Source: Ostreococcus lucimarinus (lineage: Eukaryota). From it: a stretch of 64,000 nt of DNA. The stretch's first letter is position 1; each line of letters opens with the position of its first letter. The notes under the pieces were generated by a model. The model was given only the letters and a program-made list of their open reading frames with translations, was not told where the DNA came from and searched no databases. The DNA is taken from NCBI GenBank assembly GCA_000092065.1, contig CP000600.1; one strand, 5' to 3'. A program made the translations under genes and the position numbers. Below, in pieces: positions 30,580 through 41,900 of the stretch.

Positions 30580-31268
30580 CGTGTGACGGGACCGGCGGCG
30601 GCGGGTTCGTACTAGGTCCGTGTGTGTCTCACTTCGCCGCAATGAGACTCGACGCCCCGCGCGACCGCACGACGCGACCGCACGACCGCGCGCGCGATGG
30701 CGTACGTCGCGCGCGACGGCGCGGTCGCCGCGCGCCCGTTCTCGCTCGTCGCCGCCCTCTGGGGCGCGCTCGACGTCGTGGACGCCTTCTTCCGAACGCT
30801 CCTCGTCGAAGGCCACGCCGACGCGTACGCGCGACGAACGACGACCGCGCGCGCGACGACGCCCGGACGCGTCGCCGCGACGACCGCGCGCGGCGCGGCC
30901 GTGCGCGGGTTCGCAAACGTGCGAACGATCGATCACGCCGCGCCGACGGCGGGCGGATGAGGACGATAAGGGACGCCACGGCGGCGTCGTCGCGCGACGA
31001 TTGCTTCGACCGACGACGACGACGCCGCGCGTCCCGAGCGCGCCGACGCGCGCGAGATCGGACGCGCCGAGCGATCGGGCGCGCGCGGGTGACGCCGCGG
31101 TGGGAATGACGTCGACGACGTCGCCACCGCGGTCGATGACCGCGCCTTCGCTCGGCGCGCGCGGCGCGCACGCTGTAAACGAGAATCCAACCGCTGCGCG
31201 TAACACCCTCCGAGAACTAGTAGTACAAATAAAGATTACAAGAATCATCAAAGCTATTCATGACCAAG

Positions 31269-32972
31269 CTATTCATCGATGGACTTTGAGCGCGACGTCG
31301 ATCTTTTGCGCGCGTGTCTCTTCAACGTCGACTCGACATCTTCCAAGCGCAAACCTTTCGTCTCGGGGATGAAACGATCGACAAAAACGTATCCGCTAGC
31401 GCACAGCAGAGTATAGAAACCGTATGATCCACTCAATCCGTACGCGCCAACCATCGGCAGAAAGGTTGCACCGACGATTGAGTTTGATACATAGTTCAGA
31501 GCGGTGCACGCCGAAACGGCTCGAGCGCGAATGCGGGTGGGGAATACTTCATTGTACAAGAGCCACGGAATCGGACCTGCGCCGAGAGAGAAGAATAAAA
31601 CGTACAATGGGATTGTGACGAGCGCGACTGCTGCTTCGGGTTGTGCCGGTCCCGCACTCGCGGGCGACAGTGCGGCAAAATCCGCACAAATCTGAGCGCT
31701 CGCCATCGTGGGATACGAGTACAATCCGTCGTCGATTTGTTGGCTCAGTTTTCCCACGAGCACGCCAAGCTCTGGGTTGGCGCAAAACGAGCTTAGCTCG
31801 TTCGCAGGGGTGAGATACGCGGCGAGAGACAAAATGCCCAAGCACGCACTCATGCCTCCGAATGAAGTGAGGAGAAGAGGTCGACGACCCATTTTGTCTG
31901 ACAGGGCCAGCGCGACAAAGCCACCGACGACGTTCGGCACGCCCACCGCCCAAGTCAAAATTTCTGGATTATTTATTCCCACGCTCGTGAACACAGTGGA
32001 TGCGTAGAATATGACTGTGTTTGATCCCGAGAATGCAGCCAGCGCGCACAGCGATAGGCCAAGCGAAAGTGGTAAACGATTTTTGTCGTCTGAAATCAGC
32101 TCCGACCACGTCGATAATTTTTGTTCCTTGCGTCTCGAGCGAGACAACTTTGATTTCGCAGGTTTCTCCGCCGCTGAGGACGCGCTAACTTCCGCATCGA
32201 TTGACGTCGACGCACTATCGTCGTCGTCTAACGAACGCGAGCTGCTAAACGCGCTTCTTAAAGAATTTTGCCAAGTCACCGCGGCGCGGCCGCGAATGTT
32301 CTGCAAAATCGCTAGCGAACGTCGAGATTTCTCCGCCGCCTTTTCATCACTCTGCGTCAGCAGCCAAACCGGAGTCTCTTGCGCCACGAACGCCGCGCCC
32401 ACGGCTAGCATGAGCGCCGGTATCGCCGCATCGTAGAAAATCGGTCGCCACCAACCCTCCCCTCCAGTCTCCTTGAGCGGCGCCGCGAGTTGAAACGCCG
32501 CCAAACAACCGAAGACGTACGCCAACCTTCGAAATCCGTTCAGCGTCCCCCGCAACGCCGGCGGCGCGATTTCACTGAGATACAGCGGCACAATTTGCGA
32601 GCTCGCTCCCACGCCTAGTCCGCATATGAACCTCCCCGCGATCATCGTCACCGCGTTCGGCGCCATCCCGCTCAGCATCGTCCCCAGCGCGAGCGGCGCG
32701 CTCGTCGCCGTCAACGCCCACTTCCGCCCGTATTTATCGCTCAGCCCACCCACGGTGAGCCCTCCGATCGCGCCTCCGATCACCAACGCCGACACCACCG
32801 CGCCTTTCACGTAGTCATCGTCCGCGAATCCTAAATCTCGCGCCAGCGCGCTCAGCGGCGCGTTGCACGCCGCCGTGTGATACCCAAACAGAAACGCCCC
32901 CAGACTCGCCGCGACCGCCGACGGCGCGAGACCCGGCCCGACGTCCGCGCCTCGCCGCGATTCCGTCGTCAT
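31269..32972 (-). CDS. Major facilitator superfamily sugar (hexose) transporter
   Basis: ORF 31269..33470 with ATG at 32972 (residue 167). Sugar-porter signatures: ...GYHTAACNA..., GRKW..., ...PLYLSEIAPPALRGTLNGF..., the C-terminal ...PETKGLRLEDVE..., and 12 hydrophobic segments. Long central loop. Confidence 0.8.
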   Translation of the reverse strand: MTTESRRGADVGPGLAPSAVAASLGAFLFGYHTAACNAPLSALARDLGFADDDYVKGAVVSALVIGGAIGGLTVGGLSDKYGRKWALTATSAPLALGTMLSGMAPNAVTMIAGRFICGLGVGASSQIVPLYLSEIAPPALRGTLNGFRRLAYVFGCLAAFQLAAPLKETGGEGWWRPIFYDAAIPALMLAVGAAFVAQETPVWLLTQSDEKAAEKSRRSLAILQNIRGRAAVTWQNSLRSAFSSSRSLDDDDSASTSIDAEVSASSAAEKPAKSKLSRSRRKEQKLSTWSELISDDKNRLPLSLGLSLCALAAFSGSNTVIFYASTVFTSVGINNPEILTWAVGVPNVVGGFVALALSDKMGRRPLLLTSFGGMSACLGILSLAAYLTPANELSSFCANPELGVLVGKLSQQIDDGLYSYPTMASAQICADFAALSPASAGPAQPEAAVALVTIPLYVLFFSLGAGPIPWLLYNEVFPTRIRARAVSACTALNYVSNSIVGATFLPMVGAYGLSGSYGFYTLLCASGYVFVDRFIPETKGLRLEDVESTLKRHARKRSTSRSKSIDE

Positions 32973-33224
32973 CCGTCGTTCCGCTTCCAGCGCCGCGAAT
33001 CGTTCGCGCGCGCGCGTCGTCGCGTTTTCCCCATCGTCACCGCCGACGCGCGCGTCGCGCGCCTCGTCGTCTCTCCTCGCGCACCATCGCGCGCCGCGCG
33101 TCGCCGCGCGCCCGCGCGCGCGACGATGCGCGCGATGATGCGCGCGTCGCCGCGCGCGCGCCCCGCCGCCGACGTCGCGCGCGACGCGCCGGGCGTCGGA
33201 CGCGCGCGACGCGCGAGGCGTCAT

Positions 33225-34841
33225 ATGACGACGCTCGCGCGCGCGTTCGCCGTCTCCCGCGCGTCGCTCGCGCCGAGACGCCGGCGCGCGCGCGCGATGG
33301 CGACGCGCGAGGCGTCGTACGACGCGCTCAAGCGCGAGCTCGCGACGCTGAACGACCTGCGCTCGCTCGAGGGGCTCGCGGGATGGGACGAACTCGTGAT
33401 GATGCCGTCGGGCGACGGCGCGGCGAACGCGCGCGCGCGCGCGATGGCGACGCTCGCGGGCGTGATTCACGACAAGGCGACGTCGAAGGCGCTCGGTGCG
33501 CTGATCGAGGCGTGCGATGGGACGCCGCGCGGTAAGGATGGGACGCTGCGCGGTAAGGATGGGGCGAACGTGCGAAGAGCGAAGGAGAGCTACGCGAAGG
33601 CGACGGCGATTCCGAGCGAGATGGCGAAGAAACGAGCGGAGCTCGGCTCGCGCGGGTATCAGACGTGGGTGAAGGCGAGAGAGAGCGGAGAGTACGGCGC
33701 GTTCGCGCCGGTGCTGGAGGAATGGGTGGCGTTGACGAAGGCGCGGTGCGAATTGATCGCGCCGGGCGCGGACGCGTACGACGTCGCGTTGGACGACTAC
33801 GAGCGAGGGATGACTTCGGCGCGACTGCGTGAGATTTTCACCGTAGTGCGCGAGGGCGTGGTGCCGCTGATCGAAAAGGTGTACGCGAAAGATGGTCCAA
33901 AGGCGCTGAGAGGACGCGCGAATCCGCTCAGTGGGACGTTTGACGTCGATAAGCAGGCTGAACTCGCGAGAGACGTCGCGGTTGCTCTGGGATTTGATTT
34001 AACCAAGGGGCGCTTGGACGTCAGCGTGCATCCTTTCACGGGTGGTTGCGGGCCAGATGACGTCAGAATGACAACGAGGTACAAAGCAGATGATTTGCTC
34101 GAAGGTTTGTCAGGATGCGTGCACGAAGCCGGTCACAGCGCGTACGAGCAAGGACGCTCAGTCGACTACCGCGGGCAACCGGTGAGCGAAGCGCACTCGA
34201 TGGGTGTGCACGAATCGCAGTCGCTGCTCTGGGAGCGCATGGTGGCGCTGAGCGAGCCTTTTGCGCATTTCCTTCTCCCAAAGTTACAATCGACGTTTCC
34301 CGGGAGGTTCGATGGCGTCACCGAGGAAGCGCTTTATGCCGGGTACAACGTCGTGAAGAAGCCGAGCGTCATTCGCGTCGAATCCGACGAAGTCACCTAT
34401 CCCATGCATGTTATCCTACGAACGGAATTGGAGATGGATTTGTTGAGCGGTAAAATTACCGTACATGATTTGCCCAAGCTCTGGAACGCGAAGATGAAGG
34501 AATATCTGAACGTTGACATCGAGAACGACAAACAAGGAGTTTTACAAGACGTGCACTGGGGGTCTGGAGCCATCGGCTACTTCCCGACGTACATAATCGG
34601 CCAAATATTGGCGTGTCAAATCTTCAACGCCGCCAAACGCTCGATCGATGATTTGGACGGGCAGATCAAGCGAGGTGAATTCGCCCAACTCTTGGCTTGG
34701 TTGCGCGTCAACGTGCACGAGCGCGGATCAGAGTGCGACAGCGTAGACGAGTTGATGATGAAAGTCACAGGCAAGCCGCTCGATGCGGCAGAATTCGTGA
34801 CTTATTTGACTGAAAAGTACACCAAGCTCTATGATCTTTGA
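33225..34841 (+). CDS. Carboxypeptidase Taq-type metallopeptidase (MEROPS family M32)
   Basis: ORF 32877..34841 with in-frame ATGs at 33126, 33225 and 33297 after an R/A-rich presequence-like stretch. HEAGHSAYEQG (HExxH), HESQSLLWE, and DVHWGSGAIGYFPTYIIG match M32 family motifs. Confidence 0.8.
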   Translation: MTTLARAFAVSRASLAPRRRRARAMATREASYDALKRELATLNDLRSLEGLAGWDELVMMPSGDGAANARARAMATLAGVIHDKATSKALGALIEACDGTPRGKDGTLRGKDGANVRRAKESYAKATAIPSEMAKKRAELGSRGYQTWVKARESGEYGAFAPVLEEWVALTKARCELIAPGADAYDVALDDYERGMTSARLREIFTVVREGVVPLIEKVYAKDGPKALRGRANPLSGTFDVDKQAELARDVAVALGFDLTKGRLDVSVHPFTGGCGPDDVRMTTRYKADDLLEGLSGCVHEAGHSAYEQGRSVDYRGQPVSEAHSMGVHESQSLLWERMVALSEPFAHFLLPKLQSTFPGRFDGVTEEALYAGYNVVKKPSVIRVESDEVTYPMHVILRTELEMDLLSGKITVHDLPKLWNAKMKEYLNVDIENDKQGVLQDVHWGSGAIGYFPTYIIGQILACQIFNAAKRSIDDLDGQIKRGEFAQLLAWLRVNVHERGSECDSVDELMMKVTGKPLDAAEFVTYLTEKYTKLYDL

Positions 34842-34859
34842 TTGAAATATCTACCTAAC

Positions 34860-35810
34860 CTACGCTAAAAACCTCTTGTGCTCGAGCGTTTTCCTCAGTC
34901 TGTCTGTTTCGGCCGCGAAGCCGGCGATGAACGCATCAAACTCGTCCGCGCCCGATACTATCCTCGAAGGCGGCGGCGGATACTCGTTCGAACTCACCCG
35001 ACGTCGCCGTTGAACATTTGATTTCTGCACCCCGCTCACCGACGCGACCAGATCGCGCATTTCGCGCTCGTGTTTTGCGCGCACCGTCTGCAACTCGTTC
35101 GAGCGCGCCCTTCGTTCCGTCGCGAGCTCCTCCTTGAGCGCGTTGATCTTCTTCGTCTGCCGCTCGCTCTTCGCCTGTAACTTTTTAAGTTCAGTTTCTA
35201 GCTCCTCCACTCGTCGTGTATCGCGCGGTCTCTCCCTCGCGACGACCACTGCCGGATACGAATCCTTCGCGTCGTCGCGAGACACGCGCCGCGACGCCGA
35301 CGCCGACGCCGACGCCTCAATCTCCACCATCCGTCGCATCTCCTCCGCGCGCGCGTCCTCGCCATCACCACTCACGCTCACGCGCACGCATGCGTCCTTC
35401 GCTCTCTCTCGAGCGCCACCACCGATCTCCCGCTCGACGTCGTCCTCGACGACCCTTCGCGTCAAATTCCAACCGACCGCGTCGTCCCTACAAAACCGTC
35501 CCACTCGCCCGCTCGGCGGCGCTCGATCGAACGGCCGCGCCAAACGCGGCGCGGCGTCCGAGCGCGTCGCTCGCAGCATCTCCAGCAGCAACCGCGCGTG
35601 CGCGTTTCTATTCTCCCGCAACGCGCGCACGCGCTCGCGCTGGTCCAGGTGTTGACACCACGCGCGCACGCGAATTCGCGTCGGTTTATCCCGCACCGCG
35701 TCCGCGCGAGCCCGCAGGCATCTCGCCAGTATCGCGTACTCGCGCTCGAGGTCGTCGTCGTCGACGTCCGCCGCGTCCGGCGCGCGCGCGGGCGGCGGCA
35801 TGGAGTGTCC
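34860..35810 (-). CDS. Hypothetical protein with a C-terminal coiled coil
   Basis: ORF 34860..36344 with ATG at 35810 (residue 179). C-terminal ...RRVEELETELKKLQAKSERQTKKINALKEELATERRARSNELQT... is coiled coil. The N-terminal 178 aa of the ORF are R-rich GC artefact. Confidence 0.4.
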   Translation of the reverse strand, partial: GHSMPPPARAPDAADVDDDDLEREYAILARCLRARADAVRDKPTRIRVRAWCQHLDQRERVRALRENRNAHARLLLEMLRATRSDAAPRLARPFDRAPPSGRVGRFCRDDAVGWNLTRRVVEDDVEREIGGGARERAKDACVRVSVSGDGEDARAEEMRRMVEIEASASASASRRVSRDDAKDSYPAVVVARERPRDTRRVEELETELKKLQAKSERQTKKINALKEELATERRARSNELQTVRAKHEREMRDLVASVSGVQKSNVQRRRRVSSNEYPPPPSRIVSGADEFDAFIAGFAAETDRLRKTLEHKRFLA

Positions 35811-35886
35811 ACCGCGCGCGTCGCCGCGCGCGGGTTCGATCGACGCGCGCGGGTTTGAATTTTCGCGATCGAACCTCGGCCAGCGG

Positions 35887-35930
35887 TCGGTCGATCGATC
35901 GATCGATCGAGCGCGCGAGCGATCGATCGC
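35887..35930. repeat. (GATC)n-rich microsatellite in a divergent promoter
   Basis: tcggtcgatcgatcgatcgatcgagcgcgcgagcgatcgatcg, between the coiled-coil gene start (35810, -) and the giant glycoprotein start (35946, +). Confidence 0.8.
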
Positions 35931-35945
35931 ATCGTGCGCGCCCCG

Positions 35946-38900
35946 ATGGTGACGCGCGGGAGACCGACGCGCGCGCGCGCGATGGACGCCGAGTCGCGAC
36001 GCGCGATGACGGCGGCGCGACGCCATCGCGCGGCGCGCGCGAGCGCGCGAGCGGACGCGGACGCGCGACGCGCGGATGCGGATGCGAAGGCTGCGCGACG
36101 ACGCGCGCGTGGACGCGCGACGCGAGGGCGCGCGAGGGCGTCGATTCGCGCGACGATCGCCGCGCTCGTGGGTGCGTGCGTCGTGATGTGCGTCCCGCGG
36201 GGTGGGTGCGCGGCGGAGGGCGTCGACGCGCACGGCGCGGTGGCGAAGAGAACGTCGACGAACACGAAGAGCGAGGGTGTTGGCGGGATGTTGAATGAGA
36301 TTAGCGAGCTCGTCGAGCGCCAACGCGCGTTTGAAGATGCACACGAGGGGTGTGAGAACGTGAGACTCGTGTTGCTAGAGGCGCCTAAGCGCGGACGGGT
36401 GTCGATCGCGCTTCGCGATGGGTCGAAGCTTTGGCAAAGGTTTGAGTTTCGAGACGCGGGGGCGCAGACGACGTGCGTGGACCTGAGCGAACCGAACGAT
36501 TTTGAAATCACGACCGCGGGCGCGCGAGGCGACGATGATGAGTATTCCATAAGAGTCGAGAAGGAGACGGGCGACGCGTTGCTGATGCGGCTTGGCGCCG
36601 ATGACGAGAATGGAGAGGCGCACACGACGTACGCGGCGCTCAAGCTGAGGACGGCGTCGGGTAAAAACGTGGGCGTTTTAGGTGATCGGTTCGAGTCATG
36701 CGAAGATGTGGTCGTGGACACCGCATTCGCGCGTCACGCAGGCGTCGCGCGAAGCATGCAGCACCGCTTATTGGATGACAGCGGTGACTTGCTGAGCAAG
36801 TGGACAAGCCACGCGACCGGGCAGAAGAAGATGTGCTTGCTTCGAGGTCGCGATTACACGCTCCATCTAAACGGAGCGATGTCTCGTGGACGTGTCGACG
36901 ACCAGTTGGCCGTGAGAGTCACGCGCGAAGAAGGTGATGAAAGCGACGGGTTTACATACTTGACCACGAGATCACAGGCAATGGTGAATGACAAAAATGA
37001 TGTGTACATCGGTGTGCAAGATGCGACGCAAGATAACATCGATTTGCGCGGCGTTTACCACTTTCATATCCCTTCAGCCTGCGCCATGGATGAAGTTGAG
37101 CTTTCTGTCGTTCTGAAAGCGTCGAAGTACGGTGATAGCGTGCCGCCCGAGGGTATGTCCTGGATAGTCCAGGATGAGGCGGGATCGCTCGTCATGAAAA
37201 CGGCGAAGCGGTTTAGGACACAAGACTACGGTGTCACTCGCCATCAGTCCATGTGCGTTCCGAAGGGCAAGTATGAATTCATTGCCTTTGCGTCCGATAA
37301 GAGAGGTTGGAAGTACGGTACTGAGCTCAAGATTTATCAGCGACTGCAGGGGGGTAAGAGACAGCTGCTCGCCTCGAGAGGGGGCAATGAGGAAGCCAGC
37401 GCCAGGGGTTTCTCGGCTCCTTGGTTTAGCGGCGCGTTGATTTCGGAACCGATTGAGCTCAGCGTTGGAACGGAGCAAAGTGCGGTTGCGAGCCAAGACG
37501 AACCATCGGTGAAAATCGCCTTTCAAGGGCCGAAAGCATTGCTTGGAAATGCTCGCTTTGTTCCTTCTCGTGCGTTGGTTCGCGCCGACGTCATGGCAAT
37601 TATTTCCGCGTGCGTCGCCGTGTGTGCGCTCGTTGCGTTACATAACGACACTAAGGATGGAGATGGAGAGGTGAAAATTTCGCTTGTTGATGGCAAAGCC
37701 AATTCAGCGTACGGCACGGACACTGCTAAGAAGACTGACGTCGGCGAGCATGTGTCAAGATCATCGAGCGGCAAAAGTCACGGTTTGGTCTCAAGATCAA
37801 GTTATCTTAAAATAGTGGCTGTCGGAGCATCGGCGCTTTCGGTCATGGCGATTGGCTCGATTGGATCAGTGCGATTAGATGAAACTTCGCGGCTTGGGAA
37901 TTCGACAGTTCGACAAGCGACGTGCGGTATGGGTGTCACAAAATGTCAATTTGTTCACTCTCCCGACTGTAGGAGTAAGACGATGTACGCGTATCGGAGC
38001 GGGAAATTGGCGCATGATCCTTTGCTCGTGCTCCCTTACGAGAGTAGTATCCTCGATGGATCAAGCATTGCTGCTGAAATAAAGTTTGATGCTAATTTCT
38101 GCGCCGTGCAGGGCATGAAGACGTGCAACGATTTGGGGGACACTTCAGCAGATACACTCACTGGCTGCTCTCAGGCGTGCAGAGCGAAGGATGGTTGTGA
38201 GAGTTTTAGTCTTCAAAGTACGGTGTGTCGTCTTTGCAGCACGGAACATGTCTCTCGTAGCGTAGCTACATCCACTGTTTCGGTCGCGCGTTGCATGCGT
38301 CCGTACCAGTTTGCTTTTCAAGGGGTTTCGCTCGATGAATGCGCAAAGGCTTGCGACGACACCGCTGCGTGTCGTGGCTTCAATTATTTTGAGAGGTCTC
38401 ACGCGATGTCTTCTCACTGCAGTCTCCTACGCGCACCTGCCCATTTCGAGGCACACGTCTGGCGAGATAGCGCGAGGACAAAAAGTGGCATCGTGGGCGC
38501 CGCGACATACTACAAGGTTCCAAGCATGGGCACCTTGTGCAAAGAGCGAGGTGAAGCAGTACAAGCACCTGCGCTTCCTTCCGGTTTAGGAATTGGCGAC
38601 TCCGCGGACGATGCAGTCATCACTTCTCGCGATGGTTATCCGCATGACAACTTTTATGCGGGTGACAAGGGATACCCGAATGACGAGGCACGTCCCCCGA
38701 ATCACGACGACAGCGATTTCGTGGCCGATTTCATGATCACGAGCGAAATTGAATTAATCGGCGTTACGGTCCATAGTCTTGAGAGCAATGACGTCTCGCG
38801 GCGTGCATTTGTTAAGGGATTGGCGATATTCTTCGGCATCACTTCTGATGAAGTTGTGATAATGGACGTGACGCCATCACAAGACGTGGGCACATCGCAT

Positions 38901-41900
38901 GGGGTCCATGTCGCATTCGTCATCTTGACCACGTCGTCACACAAGATGTCGCAAGTCGTGGGAGATATCAAGAGCGTGCTCGATGAACCAAACGATGAGG
39001 TTAGACTTCTGTTTAACGGAGCAGGCTTAACCGTCACGAAAGCCACCTTCCAAGAGCCACCATTGGTTACGGAACAGGAGGCAAGTCCGAGTCCGACGGC
39101 GAGTGACGAACTCGTCACGAATGTCTCGACAACTGTCGAAGGTAAGCCCGTGGCTCCGACGGCAAACACAACTCAAACGCCATCGAACGTCACGGAAAAC
39201 GAACCAGTTGCGACGAATTTGCCGCCGACGAGCATTCCTGGCGCGGATCTTGCGATTACGGGTGCTTTGCAGATCGTGGGATATACTCCCGAGGAGTTCG
39301 ACGCCACTGCGCGAGAGAGATTGCGTCGCTCCATGTTGACATTCTTCATGGCTCACAATGATGACATATCGATCGCTCTGATGCAGAACGCTTCGTTAGT
39401 CGAAGGGACTCAAGTGGCTTACAAAATGAAGGAGAATAATCCTCACAAAGCGACGATCATCGTTGAGGCTTTGTTACTGATGCAAGAGCCTAGCGCGATA
39501 TCAGAAAACTTCCTGCACGTCTTGCACTTTAAAGGATTGACAAACGTGCAAACTTCACTTACAATTGGGCATCCTCGCGTGGTTTTAGAGAAGCACATGC
39601 CGCCACCGCCGCCTTCGCCGCCACCGCCACCAAAGACGATTGTCATGGTGCAGAATATCACCAAGACTATCAACGTTGTTCAGTCTGCACTGGAGTTGAA
39701 GGGCATCAACGTGCAAACTTTCAATGAAGCCAAGAAAGACTTTCTGAAAGCCGGTCTGTCGGAGTTCATGAGCAAGGTTTTACAAAGAACAGTGACATCA
39801 GATTTGATCAGAGTCCTTTCCGTCAGTGGGCAAGGCTATATCAAATACTTTGACACCAATATTGTATCTTCGGGGGACGTCGCACAACTCGGAATTTCGT
39901 CATCCAACGTGAAAGTTAATTACGAAGTCATCGTCGGCGAAGAAGAAGACGCAAAGACGATGGCTCTCTTGAATGAATTATCTGGGGGGACGTCGACCCC
40001 GATTTCACGTGATGTCGACCAGGACGTGTACCCGTCAGAGGCGGATGCATACCCGTCAGAGGCGGATGCATATCCAGCAAGATCTCCCCCCATAGAGAGC
40101 GATGACCAATATCCATCGTCGACGTCCAACTCGGACTCGAGTCTCGTCACGAACGACTTACTTGGTACGCTCTTACTTGATATCAAAGAAAACGGCTTGG
40201 CAGAAGTCGAGGAGATCGAGATAGAAGAGTTGCCCGTCGCGAAGAAGCAAGAAGTCTCGGAGCAAGTTGAAATCGAGGTTCTCGCACCTGAGACTTCGAC
40301 GCCGGTCACGGAAGAGGAAGAACTAACAGATCTCAATGATGATGAGACGATAGAAACCAATTTCTTGAAAGCTCTTGACGAGATCAAGGTTTTATCTAAC
40401 GCATCAGATGCGGAAGTGTACTTGGTGGATAGCGTGCTTCGCATTGATGGTTACGACATGAACACATTTGATGCGGTATCCCGTAACGCCTTTACGGCAG
40501 GTATGGCAAGGTTTTTGGGGATTGCATTCGCGCATGTTCGCATAATCGACGTGACAGTAGTTCACACATCGACCGGTCGACGCTTACTGACGGATTTGCT
40601 CGACGTTGAGTTCGTCGCCGAGTTGCCGACTGAAGAGTCTGCCAACGCTGTGGCTCAAGAAATAACTGATCTCATGGACAGTGAAAATGCAGAAGCAATT
40701 CAGAACGAGCTCATGACTGATCTGCAAGAGGCTGGTCTGGATCAAGTGACGAACGGCGAAATGACGCAAGTACCCGTCATATCAAGTGCATCAAGCGAAC
40801 CATCCAGTCCGGTGCCGGGCGAGACGCCGAACGCGTACCCGACACAGAGCCCCGTGCCGGGCGAGACGCCGAACGCGTATCCGACACAGAGCCCCGTGCC
40901 GGGTGAGGCGCCGAACGCGTACCCGACGTCAAGTCCGAACGCGTATCCGACACAGAGCCCCGTGCCGGGCGAGGCGCCGAACGCATATCCGACACAGAGC
41001 CCCGTGCCGGGCGAGGCGCCGAACGCGTACCCGACGCCCAGTCCGAACGCGTATCCGACACAGAGCCCCGTGCCGGGCGAGGCGCCGAACGCGTATCCGA
41101 CACAGAGCCCCGTGCCGGGCGAGGCGCCGAACGCGTACCCGACGCCCAGTCCGAACGCGTATCCGACACAGAGCCCCGTGCCGGGCGAGGCGCCGAACGC
41201 ATATCCGACACAGAGCCCCGTGCCGGGCGAGACGCCGAACGCGTACCCGACGTCAAGTCCGAACGCGTATCCGACACAGAGCCCCGTGCCGGGCGAGGCG
41301 CCGAACGCATATCCGACACAGAGCCCCGTGCCGGGCGAGGCGCCGAACGCGTACCCGACGCCCAGTCCGAACGCGTATCCGACACAGAGCCCCGTGCCGG
41401 GCGAGGCGCCGAACGCATATCCGACACAGAGCCCCGTGCCGGGCGAGACGCCGAACGCGTACCCGACGTCAAGTCCGAACGCGTATCCGACACAGAGCCC
41501 CGTGCCGGGCGAGGCGCCGAACGCGTACCCGACGCCCAGTCCGAACGCGTATCCGACACAGAGCCCCGTGCCGGGCGAGGCGCCGAACGCGTATCCGACA
41601 CAGAGCCCCGTGCCGGGCGAGGCGCCGAACGCGTACCCGACGCCCAGTCCGAACGCGTATCCGACACAGAGCCCCGTGCCGGGCGAGGCGCCGAACGCAT
41701 ATCCGACACAGAGCCCCGTGCCGGGCGAGACGCCGAACGCGTACCCGACGTCAAGTCCGAACGCGTATCCGACACAGAGCCCCGTGCCGGGCGAGGCGCC
41801 GAACGCATATCCGACACAGAGCCCCGTGCCGGGCGAGACGCCGAACGCGTACCCGACGTCAAGTCCGAACGCGTATCCGACACAGAGCCCCGTGCCGGGC

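Noticed and set aside
35216-36721. ORFs 35216..36298(+), 35134..35655(+), 35462..36721(-)
   Set aside because: They overlap the 5' region of the giant glycoprotein gene and the coiled-coil gene in wrong frames or strands. These are low-complexity GC artefacts.
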